Shown: positions 26,921 to 40,125 of the stretch, piece after piece | Numbering within the stretch: position 1 is the first letter of the stretch | Layout of the letters: every line of letters starts with the position of its first letter | Origin: Lama guanicoe | Taxonomy: Eukaryota | NCBI GenBank assembly: GCA_013239625.1 | Contig: MU054323.1 | Location: 4,504,214-4,568,213, forward strand | DNA: 64,000 bases | Direction of reading: 5' to 3' | Made by a program: the position numbers and the translations under genes | The notes under the pieces: generated by a model | Told to the model about the DNA's origin: nothing | The model's database searches: none | What the model saw: only the letters and a program-made list of their open reading frames with translations

Positions 26921-28214
26921 ATATGTTTATCTATTTAAATAGGTTGACAATGCATAGTGAGTTTGCAAATACATTAATTGCCAGCCCATTGTAAGTTTTC
27001 AAGCCTACATTTTCTACAGAGCATTACTCCTGTGGTTAAGTTAAGCACTGCAAGGACCAAAAAATGATTTCATATTCAAGTCAGTTGTGGAAAGATGAGA
27101 TAAAGGATTTTGTTACCACAGTTCTTCTCTGAGTGAGATTGATGACCTAACATGACTGGTGGAGGAAGGGCCTGGATGAGAGGAAGGACTAGAATAAAAA
27201 TGCAGGGCACATGGTTTGGTTGTTCTCAGAAAGGAGGGACCCTCTTCTTTGCACAACATTGAAGGAAGCAAACCCAGGATCAATAATTCTGTGATCTTTG
27301 ATCCATTGCTTTTCAGACCAGTGGGATCTTGACTGGCCTCATTTAAAGGCTACATAGACATAAGACCCTGACTATTTAAGTTCCTTTGAAGAATTCTGAG
27401 AAAGGAGTTAGACATAAAAGCCTGCTTTAAAATAGATGGCCACCAGACTGGATAGTTCCTGCAATAAAAGTTGACAAGAAAATGAAATATGGAGAAAAAG
27501 ACAGTGCAATTTGGCTGATTTGTAACTAGTTGAATGGTTATACCCAAAATGTGATCACTCATTCTTTCATTTGTTCATCATTCATTGATTGGCAAGGAAA
27601 ATGAACAGGTGATTCACAAAATATATACTCTAATGACCAAAAATTACATAGGAAAAAAAAAAAGCTTAACTTCACTTTGGCTGCACACCAAAATTCTAGG
27701 GAACTCAGTTCTTTCCTACCCCAAGGACACCACCCTGCCTCACCCGCACTTCCTAGAAATTCTACCCCAGGGAAGAAGGAACACTGATGCTGCACAGAAA
27801 TATGCCACGGTAACAATTTGGCCATGGTATAAGGGGGTTTATTTTGTGGGAGTGACAGAGAGTTTAAAGGACCTTTAAGGCCCACGCACTTTTGCAACCG
27901 TGTGCCTGAGGCAGTACGGTGGGTCTGGGGCTGCAGCCTGATTGCAGAGCGTAACCATTCTAGTGAGAATGAATAAGGGAAATGCTACATTTTAAAAAGC
28001 ATTTAAACTTACCTCAAGACTAAGAACAAAATAAATTCTGGCAATTCATAGACTCACCAGGGCCAGAATTTCTGCTTAAGTCTAGTAATAAAAATCTGTG
28101 TTTAAAGGACCTTGCCCTTAAAACGTACATCTTCTTTGTGGATTTATCAGGAAGTGGTTTTATGGCCACAGTAAGCACTGAACAAGGATTCAATGATTCA
28201 GGGCACTCTCTCTT

Positions 28215-29390
28215 ACTATTAATCCAAAAAATGCAAATTAAAACAGCAAGATATCTTTCTGGTCTATCAAATTGGCAAATATTTAAAATAAAGATATTAT
28301 GCAGTGTTGATGAGGGTGTGGGGGCACAGAGAGGCTCATACTGCTGGTAGGAGTGTAAATTAGCTCAATCATTTTGAAGACTAATTTGACAAGCTGTATC
28401 AAAAGCTTAAAAAAAAAAAACACCCATGAGGCATTCCACTTCTAAGAATTAATCCTAATAGGATAATTCTAGGTATGCTCAAAGATTTGTCTATATGCAT
28501 ATTCATTGGAACAGTGTTTAATAGGAGAAAAACTGAAAGTAAGCTAAATGCTCAATAGTAGAGAACTGTTGGAATGAATTGTGTTATATCCATAACATGG
28601 AATATGAGGAAGGCTTTGAAAAGCTGTTATAAAATGACGACAAGGAGAAAATAAAATGAGATGAGATGATTATAAGAGATATAAGAAACAAATCAACGAA
28701 ATTCAATCTGAAGACCTTGGACACCGATTCAACAAACTAACTATAAAACAACCATTGATGAGACAAACAGGGAAGTTCATACACTGAGTACATATTTGAT
28801 CATTTTAAGAATTATTTAAAATAATTTTGGGTGATATGACAGTGTGACTTTTAAAAGCAATGTTTAACTTTTAGAAATACATCTGTATTGAAGTATTTAC
28901 TAATGAAACAATATGATGCCTGGCATCTCCTTTAAAATAGCCCAATGTGGGGACTGCGAAAGTGGACAGGGATATAATAAAACATAATTTACCAAATGTT
29001 AATAATTATTGAATTAGGTGGTAGGTACTTAGGGACTTATTATACTACCGTCTCTGTTTTTGAATGTATTTGAAATGCCCATAGTGCAAATACAAATAAT
29101 TCTGTTGTTGAATAATTATCAGGTGAAATATTTTCAGAGTTTACAGAAATATTTTCATACTGAAATGGTGTCATAGTTCACATTTTCAAAAGTACGATTG
29201 TTTAAAAAATATATTAAGCAGAACATATAGTATAAGCTGATATTTTGATACGATATCCATGAAAGAGTAAAACACATTAAAATATTAGTAATAGTTCTAT
29301 ATTTACTTTTATCATATGTTTATCATTTTGTTTATCATTACTTTCTAAAGTTATTTTTCTTTCCCAATAAACATGCATGGCTTTTATCAT
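28215..29390 (+). mobile_element. Old L1 (L1ME/L1MC-like) 3' fragments, probably nested
   Basis: aaatgcaaattaaaacagcaagata...ctcatactgctggtaggagtgtaaattag...attccacttctaagaattaatcct; second 3' UTR type at ~28640-29100. Confidence 0.8.
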
Positions 29391-29394
29391 AAAA

Positions 29395-29690
29395 CAAATG
29401 TAATAGAAACACTTACTGAGTTCTGACACTGGACGAGGCTCTGTGCTTAGATGAGAGGTGTCGAGATGAAAGCAGCAGCCACTGGCTCGAGGTACCCGAG
29501 GTCTAATGATGAAAGCTGATACCTAGACACTCTCCATTGTGCGGAGTGGGGTAATAACGGACGAATGCAGCACTGTGAGCGGACTGCCAAACTCCGCTGA
29601 ACAGATTTGGGAAACACTTCACAGGAGGCCTGTTTGAATCGGTCTGTGAGGACTATAGCAGTTTGGGGGAAAGATTAGGGCTGACACTAA
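29395..29690 (-). mobile_element. L2 fragment
   Basis: cacttactgagttctgac...ggctctgtgcttagatg...ggaaacacttcacaggagg. Confidence 0.6.
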
Positions 29691-30224
29691 ATGAGGACCC
29701 AAATGGAGAAATATGAAAGGTTTAATTCAGAAGGGGTTTTCAACAACAAAATTTTTCAACAACACATTTTACTTTATTTCCAATAAAATCACACTACTTC
29801 TAAAATACCACTTTGATTTACTTTAAATTTTGCCATCACCATGACTGTATTTATTTGAAAGATTGGAATATCATAGCATCAAAAAAACAAATGACAACTC
29901 TTTGATCTAATCCCCAGAATGTGACATATTGGGAGTAAATGAACTTTTAGCTGCAATGGGTATGTCTAGACCTGGTCTTTCTGTGAGAGATGCAGCCATA
30001 ACACAAGGGAGGGTGGCAACAAGGGCCAGGATGAGTAAGTGCTAAGTTGCAATAGTTTAATATAATGTTAGCGATGGATTCGTCACTGTGTCACACACTC
30101 GAGTAAATAGAAGCTCATATTTAATCTTTGTTTCCATAGAATTTCAATGTGCATTTTAAAAGTCAGGAAATACATACGTGATCAGATTATACCCAATTTC
30201 CCGCCATTTTGGTTCAATTTTTCA

Positions 30225-30400
30225 TTATCATTATTGGTCAAGTCTCTCTACATTTCTCTGCATAAAATATTGGCTCCTAACATCTCTGAACTTCATTATC
30301 CTAATCTGTAAAACATGTTCATAAAACTTCATAAGCTATTGAGTTAATTATGAATAAAATACATATAGTTTATGTAAAAGTACTTAACACAATGCTTGAA
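30225..30400 (+). mobile_element. MIR fragment
   Basis: taacatctctgaacttcattatcctaatctgtaaaac...atgtaaaagtacttaacacaatgcttg. Confidence 0.65.
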
Positions 30401-30480
30401 GTTCCTCATCTTCCTCCTTCTCTTTCTTCCTTCCTTTTTCTCTTCTTCCCTTTCATCCTTTTTTCCTTTCCTCCTCCCAC
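30401..30480. repeat. CT-rich low-complexity tract
   Basis: About 75 bp of nearly pure pyrimidine. Confidence 0.85.
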
Positions 30481-33189
30481 ATAAAAATATTTAATAGACA
30501 TTTCCTTACCATATAATAACTCAACATGAGATTTTTTAAAAGAAGCATCTGAAGACAAAGAGAAAGCAATGCACTAACATGTGGAATGGAGAACATTTAC
30601 TCTGTGAAAGGAAACTAGTTCTATGAAAGAAAATTAATCAGATTCTCCCCCTGTGTACTATAACAAAATAATTTCCCCAAAATCTAAAGAGTTAAATGCA
30701 AGAGAGGTAAGTATTTTGCAAATATTAATACTGTAAAACTTTGCAATACCTGATAATAAAAAAGGGAATTCAAAGCTTTCTGAGCAGAGTTGACATTAAA
30801 AATCACAAAATATTTGTGCAGATTTTTGACTACAGAAATGTTGGCATGCTCAGCTACTGGAGATTCTAGTCTTCAGAAATTTTTCCTCCAATATTGGAAA
30901 GTTTGCAAGGTTGTTTGCATCCAGCCTCTTCTTCTAAAATGGTAGTTTATCCAACATTGCTCACAGAATTTTAGTGCCATTTTAAATAGTTAATCCAAGG
31001 CCTTGATTTGAAAGATTTACTTTATTCGTGTGGTGAAAAATATCTTCCAAGGATTCTATGAATAAATCTTTCCCTGGTAAGTGTTCTGAGGATGGGCTAT
31101 CACTTCACGCTCAAAAAAAAGGGAAAAATTTTTCCTAAAAATTCAATGAAGTACTCTAAATTTCTTTTCTAAAAAAACCATAAAATTTTGTATGAGAAAG
31201 TAACAATATTAGATTTTTACCTTTTTTTTTTTTGACGAAACCTTTGTTACAGGCAATAATTTAAGGATCTGACTCTCATAAAGAGAATCAAATTTCTTGG
31301 CCTTAGGCCCTAATTCTTCCAGGATTATAGCAGATTTTACAGACCCTGAACACCCATGTAGGAAGCAGTGAGCCAAGGTGAATTATGTATCCCCTTTATT
31401 CACCAATACATTAGTGCTACAGGGCTAATCAAAGTTGTTCCATACGTGCCCAAAGTAGTGCAACTTTTCTACTAGTGGAAGTTTGGTTGGCAAGGAATAT
31501 TTCCATAATTCAAAGTTCTCAACAACCCATGCAGTTTTCAAAATGGTCTCTCTTGATGGATGAAAACTAGAAACTTGCTACTTCAGAACCAACCACAGTT
31601 TTGTCCAGTTGGGTATTGCTAACGGGCAGTTTGGCTGTCAATCCTGCATTACCAGCTACCCCGTCTTACAGGGATGTCCCTGATTGTGAACAGTGATAGG
31701 GCTGACTCAGCTTTCTTCATTCTCACCACAGTGCACATCAATCCCATAATTTCTAAGGCACATGGTTTCAATAAACATCATTATTCATGTGTTTAGCCTG
31801 GCCATGTGATAAGAAATCTTATAAAATATTTCAAAACAAAACTTTTGTGTTGGGGCAATTTGAGTTTCAGTAAATTTCAAGCCCTTAAAATCCAGGTTTG
31901 AGCTCATGTAAAACATGTTAACTGTCTGTTCTCTCTTTTGAGTAAAAGAAAGTAAAGTAGGTTTCAGGTTTATAAGCTCCATATGTCCCCTACTGAAAAC
32001 CTGCCTTGTGAAAACTACCATCAGCTGTACATCCCAACACACTGAGACTCTGATAAAGATGAGAAATGCACAATCTTCCTAACTTAAGGCATACTTGGTA
32101 TTAGCAAAACTTTAAGTGGAAAGAAGTCTTTTCTTATTAAAAAAAAAGTTCAAAATTAGATTAACTAAATCAAATAAACTTATTTTAACTGGTTTAAGGA
32201 TACCTGAGTGTTAGGAATCCTTCAACTAACTAGCATTATGCTTATTTGTTATTTTATATACATATAAAGTTCCACTTTTATATATACATATATATATATA
32301 TATATAAAATTAGTCCTAGACTTTCAGATCCTGGTTGCTTTGATTGGGCATTATTTTGGTACCTGACGCAAAGCTTAGCACAAACCTTGAAACACAGTAG
32401 TTATCAAAGAATGTTTGTAATGCTGAGTTTAATTTTAATGCCGAAAATAAAAGCATGAGCAGAGGACTTCTAATAAGATCATAATAGTAACTTAGTTCTT
32501 CATTTCTCAATTCTCTTGAAAGTTCTACAAATGCATAGAAAATGAAAATAAGCAAAAACAAAACTCTCACATTCAGTGAAATTAAAGTTTTCTATAAAAC
32601 TTGTAAACTCTAAGTTACTGTTAAGTTCTTTTAAAAGAACCGGGACCAGCAGAGCCGGAGCATATGACTCTTGTGGGAAGGAGAGACGGTAGAGCAATGG
32701 AAGAAAAGAAAGAATAGAGAAGGTATTTTGAGGGTAGAGTTCAGAAATTTCCAGAAATGAATCACTTCTTAAAAGAAGACCCCACCCAAAGTGGAAACTG
32801 CTATGAGAAGGGCTTAGATCAAACAAGCTAGGTTTAAGCGCTGTAGAAAGTGGAATATCTCATGCAACACCACCAGAATAATGTCGACGTACTATACGTG
32901 AGTGGCTCACTTAAAATTCAAAGGCTATGTCCTTTGATAGCTACAACTGATGTTGAAGCCAACAAGAATAACTCATGGGACTGATGGTAGAAATCCTAAG
33001 AAAGTTAGATTTTAAGTTGCAAAGAAGAGGTAACTATATTGAGGCACCTTTAAAAAATGGTTTATTGTTACAGAAGCCAGTATGGGTGAACTTTCCCTTC
33101 CCTGCATTATTCCTCATCTCTTAAAAATACCTGGTTCCGTGAAAATCTTACTTGGTGGTATTTCAAATTAAATGTAGTAGTTTTACAGC

Positions 33190-33516
33190 TATACAAATAT
33201 GCTATAGCAAAAAATGTGCAAAATAGCAATACAAGCTTCCCCATAAAAACAAAACAAAACAAAAACTTAAGAGCAAAATGTAAGCAAAAAGAAACTTATT
33301 TGGTATTCCAATCAGAATTTAAAAATATAAGAACAAGTTGCTATGAAGGAAGTTACTTAGCAGAAATAAAGAACTCAGGGAAAGGAAGGCTAAATAACAG
33401 GAGATAAAATTAATACTGGAAGAATATGGGGGAAAAAACAGAAAAAGATAAACTGTTTAAGAAATGAAGAACATTTCAAGGAGTCAAAGGGAGAAAGAAA
33501 ATAGAGTAAGGAATTC
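33190..33516 (+). mobile_element. Old L1 ORF1-region fragment (left part of the element interrupted by the MaLR)
   Basis: A-rich sense L1-like text that resumes in the same style at 36131. Confidence 0.5.
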
Positions 33517-34377
33517 TGTAATCTATTATCATATGATAAACCATCTCAAATCTTAGGGATCTGGAATAATGATTATGTATTTTCTTCCTGCAACTTGGTG
33601 GGTTGGCTGAGCAGTTCTTTTGCGGGTCTTGACTGAGCTCCTCACGTAGGTGCATTCAGCTGGTGTGTTGTCTAGGGGCTGGGACCAAGAGATTGGCTGG
33701 TAAAATTGATCTCCTCTCTCTGTAGTTTTTTCACCATCGGTGATTCCAGGCTTCTTGAAATGGGAATGGCAACATTTAAAAAGTTAAGGTCCAAATATGC
33801 AAGTACTTTTTTTTTTAACTTTTTTTATTGATTTATAATCATTTCACAATGTTGTGTCAAATTCCAGTGTAGAGCACAATTTTTCAATTATACATGAACA
33901 TATATATATTCATTGTCACATTCCTTTCTCTGTGAGCTACCATAAGATCTTGTATATATTTCCCTGTGCTATACAGTATAATCTTGTTTATCTATTCTAT
34001 AATTTTGAAATCCCAGTCTATCTCTTCCCACCCCCCTACCCCCTTGGCAACCACAAGTCTGTATTCTATGTCTCTTAGTCTATTTCTGTTCTGTATTTAT
34101 GCTTTGTTTGTTTTTGTTTTTTGTTTTGTTTTTTGTTTTAGATTCCACATATGAGCGATCTCATATGGTATTTTTCTTTCTCTTTCTGGCTTACTTCTGC
34201 AAGTATTTTTTAATCCCCTGCTTGTGTTGTATTTCCTGGTGTCCCAATGACAAATCAAAACAAAACAAAAACAGAAATCACATGGCCAAGCTCAGAGTCA
34301 AGGAGAGAGGGGTCTAAATAGGGGACTAGAGGGAGGTGTGGTTCGCTGAGGGCCATTGATGTAACAGTATACCACCA
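33517..34377 (-). mobile_element. MaLR 3' LTR (MLT1H-like), interrupted by a young L1
   Basis: tg...ca ends; aligns by eye with the LTR at 35691-36130 (cacatggccaag/cacaagggaag, tgcaagta/tgcaagtg, cagctg/tagctg blocks). Confidence 0.8.
33808..34197 (-). mobile_element. Young camelid-type L1 3' end with TSD tgcaagtact / tgcaagtatt
   Basis: Poly-T, L1 3' UTR, TSD at 33798-33807 and 34198-34207. Confidence 0.93.
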
Positions 34378-35690
34378 TCTGCTATCTGGCCCTGGTGAGT
34401 TATGTTGAAGTCCATTCAGGCTCAAAGGCTGTGATTTTGTGCATTAGGTCTGGATACAGGAAATAATCCTCAGGTATAGCTCTTTGGATGTAGCTCCTGT
34501 CGATCCAGAAACACAGATTACCTACCTTCCCTCCTAGATCCAACACAGAATGATGAGACAGGAACCATGTAACCACAGTAGACACTGTCACTTGAAAAGG
34601 AAAAGAACTGGAAGTTTATTGTGGTCAATAGTCCACCACAGTTCTGAAGTCCAGCTTAGCGTATGTTGTCAGGAACTCTTACTGGGGGGCAAGGAATATT
34701 CCTTGATTAAGATTTCCTCCTGCTCCCTGGAGTGGCTTTCTAATCCATTGTTGGCACATGATTCTTGTCTCTGTCCTGTGTGCTCCCAGCTCAGATGTCA
34801 TAGAGATTTCTTTTTTTTTTTCTAAGAAATATATGAGTAGCTTTATCAATGTGTTTTCTGTATGTAGAAAGTGGCCCAGAGTCCTCTTTTCATTTTAAAC
34901 TGTCTCTGTTTTTAGTCCAGACTGATACAACTACCTTAAGCATTCTAATGATTTCCTGTGAAATGTGGCTGGCATTCACTCCGTGCCTCGGGCTCACAGC
35001 CATAACTCCTGTAAGTCAGAACTCACTCGAGTTGTGTGTTTCAGGATCCTGTGGAATAGTGTTTCTGAAAGTCCTAGAAGCTCTTCTGCTTAGCTAAGAG
35101 TGTCTGCTGAGGGTCATTTTAAATTGTTCTGAGGGCTGTAAAGGGGCTTTACATCAATATTCTTGATCTGTTCTTTACCCCAAGGCCATGTATCATACTG
35201 AGACTGTTCTGCCAACTAGAAAGTCTGGAAATGTGAAGTCGTTTTATTTTCCAGCCCAGAAGGTTCTGCCTCTTCTTCATGTCTAAATTCCTCTTGCAAA
35301 CTGAACAGCTCTCTCCTTAGCTTCTCTCTTCCTATGCCTTACCATATGCACCCAAAAGAAGCCAGTTGGCACTTTAAACATCCTGCCGGGAAAGCGCCTT
35401 AGTCAGAGCCACTAGTTCATCAGGTACAATTCTGTCCTCTGTGTACCAGCACTTGACAGGTTTGCCAACTGTTTTGCTATTATGAAATATGGGCTGCCAT
35501 CTTCCCCACACTAATGATTGCCTCAACTCATTTTCAAGCCTCTGCCAACAATTTCTTTGCCATTCCTTCAGCCCTTGCCAACAGACTCCTCCCACTTCTC
35601 AAGCCTCCATCTGCTGCCCAGTTCCAAAGCCAATGCCACGTGTTTTGGGTTTTGTTACAGCCACACTGCATTTCTAGGCAACAATTTCTC
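34378..35690 (-). mobile_element. MaLR internal region (MLT1-int)
   Basis: On the minus strand it starts gagaaattgttgcctagaaatgcagtgtggctgtaacaaaacccaaaacacgtggcattggctttggaactgggcag (MLT1-int 5' signature) and ends gggccagatagcaga next to the 3' LTR. Confidence 0.85.
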
Positions 35691-36130
35691 TGTCGGTTAT
35701 CTAATGATGCCTAACAACAACCCTGCGATTCTGTGACTTAAAACAATGAGCTAATGTTGCTCATGATGCTGGGGGTTGGGTGTGCCCAATAGCACACTTA
35801 TACTGGTTTCACTCCTATGGCTGAATTTAGCTGTTGAATTGGCTGGGAGCTATGCTACGCTGAGACGGCTGAGCCTTTCTCTGTGTGTGGTCTTTCATTC
35901 CCAAGAACTTTAAACTAGGCTTTTTTACGTGGGGATGGTATCATTTCAAAAGGGCAGGCTCCTACGTGCAAGTGTTTCTGAAGCCCCTACAGTTACCACA
36001 TTTGCTCATGTCCTGTCGGCCAAAGCAAGTCACAAGGGAAGTCAAAATCGGTATAGAAGGGATTCTATAAAAGTGTGGGGATGTCTGGAAACATGACTGA
36101 TTGAGAACCATGGTTTAGCGGTTTACCTCA
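35691..36130 (-). mobile_element. MaLR 5' LTR (MLT1H-like)
   Basis: tgtcggttatctaatgatgcctaacaacaaccc...gtgacttaaaacaatg...ggccaaagcaagtcaca...tttacctca. Confidence 0.85.
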
Positions 36131-37940
36131 TGAACAATATAGACACACTAAAAATGAAAGAACATGAGTGAGAAATAGAGAAAGTAGAGGGGAAAATGAT
36201 GGCTATAGAGTACAGGAGAATGAAGAAAACTAGAGAAAAAAGAAACAAAACATATATATTTAAAAGTATAATTCAAGAAAAATGTTTCTGAAATATAATG
36301 GAAAGGTCACAAAGAAAAAAATTAAGAATTGTCAAGAGAAACATCATTTAGGTGAAAATGAATGAAAGAAAAAGATCTTTATTTAGAGATGACAAATGTA
36401 AGGAGGGTAATATAAAGAATATCATAGGTCATATGATGAAAAAAAAAGGCTATTTCAGGCATCCGAACTAAAAGTTTATGCCGTGTGCAGGTGGGGAGAC
36501 CATATGGCCCAGCTACCTTGGGATAATTCCAGTTTGTCTGTAGTTTCATAAACATCAATCAATATAAATAGTGGCCTCTTTCACTCTTAAAATGTAGTTT
36601 GGACAAAAATTAATGGTCACTATTATTTTAAGGGAAATAAAATAAGATTTTCAACAGATTTCTTGATGGTAATATTTAATACCAGGAAACAATGAAGCAA
36701 CACTTAAAATGTATCCCAGAAGAAGTGGGCCAAGATATTTAAGTGCAACCAAACTTTTCTTCAAATTTAAAAACTATAAATAAATTTGACCCAAGGTCAA
36801 ATTTTCTTAATAGTTTAATTAAGAGATGTTGTTTCTCCTAGTATTTTAATTAAGAGAAGGTTCTGTATAAAAAGAAGGGCAAAACTATTACATAAAAATA
36901 TATCCTAAAGTTAAGCAATCTTTATCATCTAAAATACTATAACCCTTATAAATATCAGCAGAACTATATAAAATACAAAGAAAACACACTTCACGAATAA
37001 ACACAAATAGGGAAACAGGAAATTAATATGAAAGTAAAAGAAAACGTGTCATATTAATGAATATTATAAATGAGCTAACTTCACTTGTTCAAAGGAAAAG
37101 GACCTATACGTAGAATTACAAAGAAAAACTAAATTTGTATGACACACTTAAAACAGGGTGACTCGAAAGAACAAAACGCAAACAACAAGAACAAAAAAAA
37201 GGTTAGTAGATCAAAGCTATAAAGATACACCAGATCGTGAAAACACAAAGAGAGGTCTTGCTTGGTCTTAACTTCAGAAGAGGTGGAGTTCAGGTCAAAC
37301 CACATCTTCTGACCCAAGGAAAAGCAGTTTGAAGTGTGACATGATATAATTCACAGCACAGATATAACAGTTATGAACACCCGTGCACCAAATTGTATAG
37401 CAGTAACTTTCATCAGAAATTATGGGAGATACCAAAATAGCATTTAAAATAATCAGAGACTTCTATTCACTGCTCTCAGACCTAGATTGGGCAAATGGAC
37501 AAAAACACATTTAAGGATATGGTATTCCTTAACAACTTAAGCAAGTAAATATATATATAGAACTCTTTACCTTAAAAACGTACCACATACCCATGTGACA
37601 TTTAAAACAATTTTTCTAGACTATAAAGAAGGCCTCTATACATCCAAACATGAGAAATAATGTAGAAAATAATACATCTTTGTGATTCTAGTGCAATAAA
37701 ATTAGACACGATAACAAGATATAAAAAACACCTGTAGTTAATCAAAATCTTTCTCAAATGCTCTTGGCTTAGACAGAAACAAAAACTCTTAGATTTCAGA
37801 ATGTCCATAAAGCAATAATTTAATAAACAATGGGACAGAGTTAAATCTTAACTCAGAGGAAAATTCATAGCCTTGAATACTTACAGAAAGTTTAAAAAGT
37901 GTGAAAATAAACTTCTGACTTGACATGCTAGAAGAAGACC
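36131..37940 (+). mobile_element. Old L1 ORF1 / ORF2-endonuclease region, highly diverged
   Basis: A-rich sense L1 text: gaatattataaatgagctaacttcacttgttcaaagg, atataacagttatgaacacccgtgcaccaaat, cagaggaaaattcatagccttgaatac. Confidence 0.75.
36492..36622. mobile_element. hAT-Blackjack MITE (MER94-like) inserted in the old L1
   Basis: About 130 bp; TIR-like ends ggggagaccatat ... aatggtcacta; internal ctctttcactcttaaa. Confidence 0.65.
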
Positions 37941-39869
37941 AAAACTTTTGCATATTTGATATTTTATGTTCTTTCAAATATGAATATCATTTTTAATGAA
38001 ATATGCTTGGTTAGGAATTCTCAACATCTGAAGTAGACTGATCTCAGTCAGAAATCAGTGGGCCTGGGGGATTTTAGGAAAAGGTCAAAATATTGCAAAG
38101 CTGTTTCTGTTGTCTGTGGAGGAAGTCACCAGAATTCATTCCAAACACTCTCCAATTCTCATTCTTAATTAAAATCCTGCTTTGGGATTAGACTTTAATA
38201 ATTCAAAAGGAAGTCAAGTTCTTAAACTTTATTACAGTATATCAAATGCTGTATTTGTAGATAATCATGAAAATGATCAAATATCATAAGCGTTTCTGTC
38301 TGTTTTGTACATTGGGTAGATTTTTAATACGGGAAAACATTTGCTTAATTTCTTCTGCGTTTTTTCTCAGAAAAGCAGTAAATCTACATTGAGGAGTCTG
38401 GAAGTCATCTAGATCTAACAAAAGCTACTGGGAAACTTAATATGTTTTAATTTAAATTACTCTTGAAAAGCAAGTTGTCCCCCGTATCCGCGGTGCTCAC
38501 TATGTTTGTTGTTCCTCTACCTGGATGTCCTTTCTCTTCCCAGCTCTTCCTTCCTCTTTGTTTGTCCAAATCATATCCCTTCTTAAAGAATTATTCAGAT
38601 CTTTTTTTTTGCAGGAAGCTTTTCCAAACTATTTGCGGATTCACTGATATGTTTGTTCCCTGATCTTCTTTGCTTTATAATCTACATTGTAAAATGTACC
38701 ATTTTTACCCTATGCTTTCAGACAGGCATTATACGCATACGGAGTAGCCAGCAAGACAATGCCCCAGTGATTTCAGGATTTCCAGAGGTCTCCTTCTCTA
38801 CGGGTGGTCGCCTATGATGTTTCAAGTCCCATGAGGAGCAGTTATTCCCTTGGTGTAAACAGTGTTTTCTCTGGTTGGTTCAGTTGAAACTCACATACTG
38901 CTAGAAAGCACAGCGTATGAAACCTTCCACTGTGTTGACTCATCCCCTCACTCACAGTGAGAAAGACTGAGAGTTTTGACCAGCCCTTTTTAATTGGTAG
39001 TCTGAAGATTATCACGCATCATGAAGAGAGAGAAAATAATTTGAGGAAATTGGGAAATGGTACAAACAGGGAATTCAAATATGTTAATGATGAGATTCAT
39101 CAATTTCAAAATTCCCCAGTGCCAAACCTATCTGCTTTTATGTATAGTTCTCTAATATTTTTTTCTTTTCTCTCTATAAACTTGAACACTCCTTATGGAG
39201 AAGAAGTATATCCAGAGATACAGTACAGCATCTCATATAGTTTTAAGTATGCAGAAATTTCTGAGAACATGATTGTTGAAATAAAATTTTTTTCCTTAGT
39301 TCTAGTTTATTTATAAGGTGAAAGTAGTTTAGTTTCCCCAAACTGAAATGTTACAAATAATAATAGTTTATAATTAATTTCAACACTGATAAAATTTTAA
39401 AATTATATAGTCTGAGGGAAAAAATACAAATTGGGGATAAAAACCTGAATCTAGTAGTTTGGCAAAAATGTGAGCACTCACACGATGGTGATGTCCATTC
39501 AGGTAACGTTCACCTCACAGTCCTGTGGTGCTGATCAAGTCTCTTTTAGTCTTGCTTTTGTGTGGGAAAAGTGTGATGGTGGGGAAGGTTTGGCGGGCTG
39601 TGCCTTTCTGGAGTATTGCCTTTTAAGTGGTAGGGCTGGAGAGGGCATGAACGATGAATTATTAAGGACAGTCTTCCACGTGGCAATTAAAGTTCCAAGC
39701 CCTGGGTCCCCGTTCATATTGTCAAGACTTTGTTACTAAGATACTTTATTTTTTATTTCACTTAAAAAAAAATCTCTTGTTTGCAAGAAACAAAAGGAGA
39801 GGAAGGGAAGAACCTTAGGAAATGGCTAAAACAATGTTCTCCCTTCTTCCTGGTATGTTTATCCTTTCT

Positions 39870-40125
39870 CCCTATCCCTTTGCCTTCCAGGGCTCTTCCC
39901 AGCGGAGAGGTAACCGCTGTCCTTTGCGCCGCCAGTGTGCCGTACCTCCCTCTGTCACAGCCCTTATCACATTGCGTTGTATCCTTTGCGTCTGTCACCC
40001 CTCTGAGGAAGTATTCTTCTAAAAGTAAAGGCTATGTCATATTTACTTCTAGTCCTTCGTATCAAGCACATGTCCTGGAACACAGTAGGCACCTAATGAA
40101 TGCTAGTTTATTCAATAAACAAACT
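39870..40125 (+). mobile_element. L2 3' end
   Basis: cagcccttatcacattg...cctggaacacagtaggcacctaatgaatgctag. Confidence 0.75.

Noticed and set aside
28007..28036. Minus-strand 7-nt microexon-like motif (ttattttgttcttag|TCTTGAG|gtaagt)
   Set aside because: Not frame-preserving and no upstream UGC element typical of regulated microexons; compatible with chance.
31701..31711. GCTGACTCAGC AP-1/MARE-like palindrome
   Set aside because: A single short motif with no supporting context; expected occasionally by chance.
35374..35595. 73-aa ORF in the MaLR internal region
   Set aside because: Short remnant of a decayed MLT1-int; no evidence of a maintained frame.
38720..38815. Plus-strand exon-like stretch after ctatgctttcag
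   Set aside because: No good donor, all frames stop within about 100 nt, and the peptide is not recognised.
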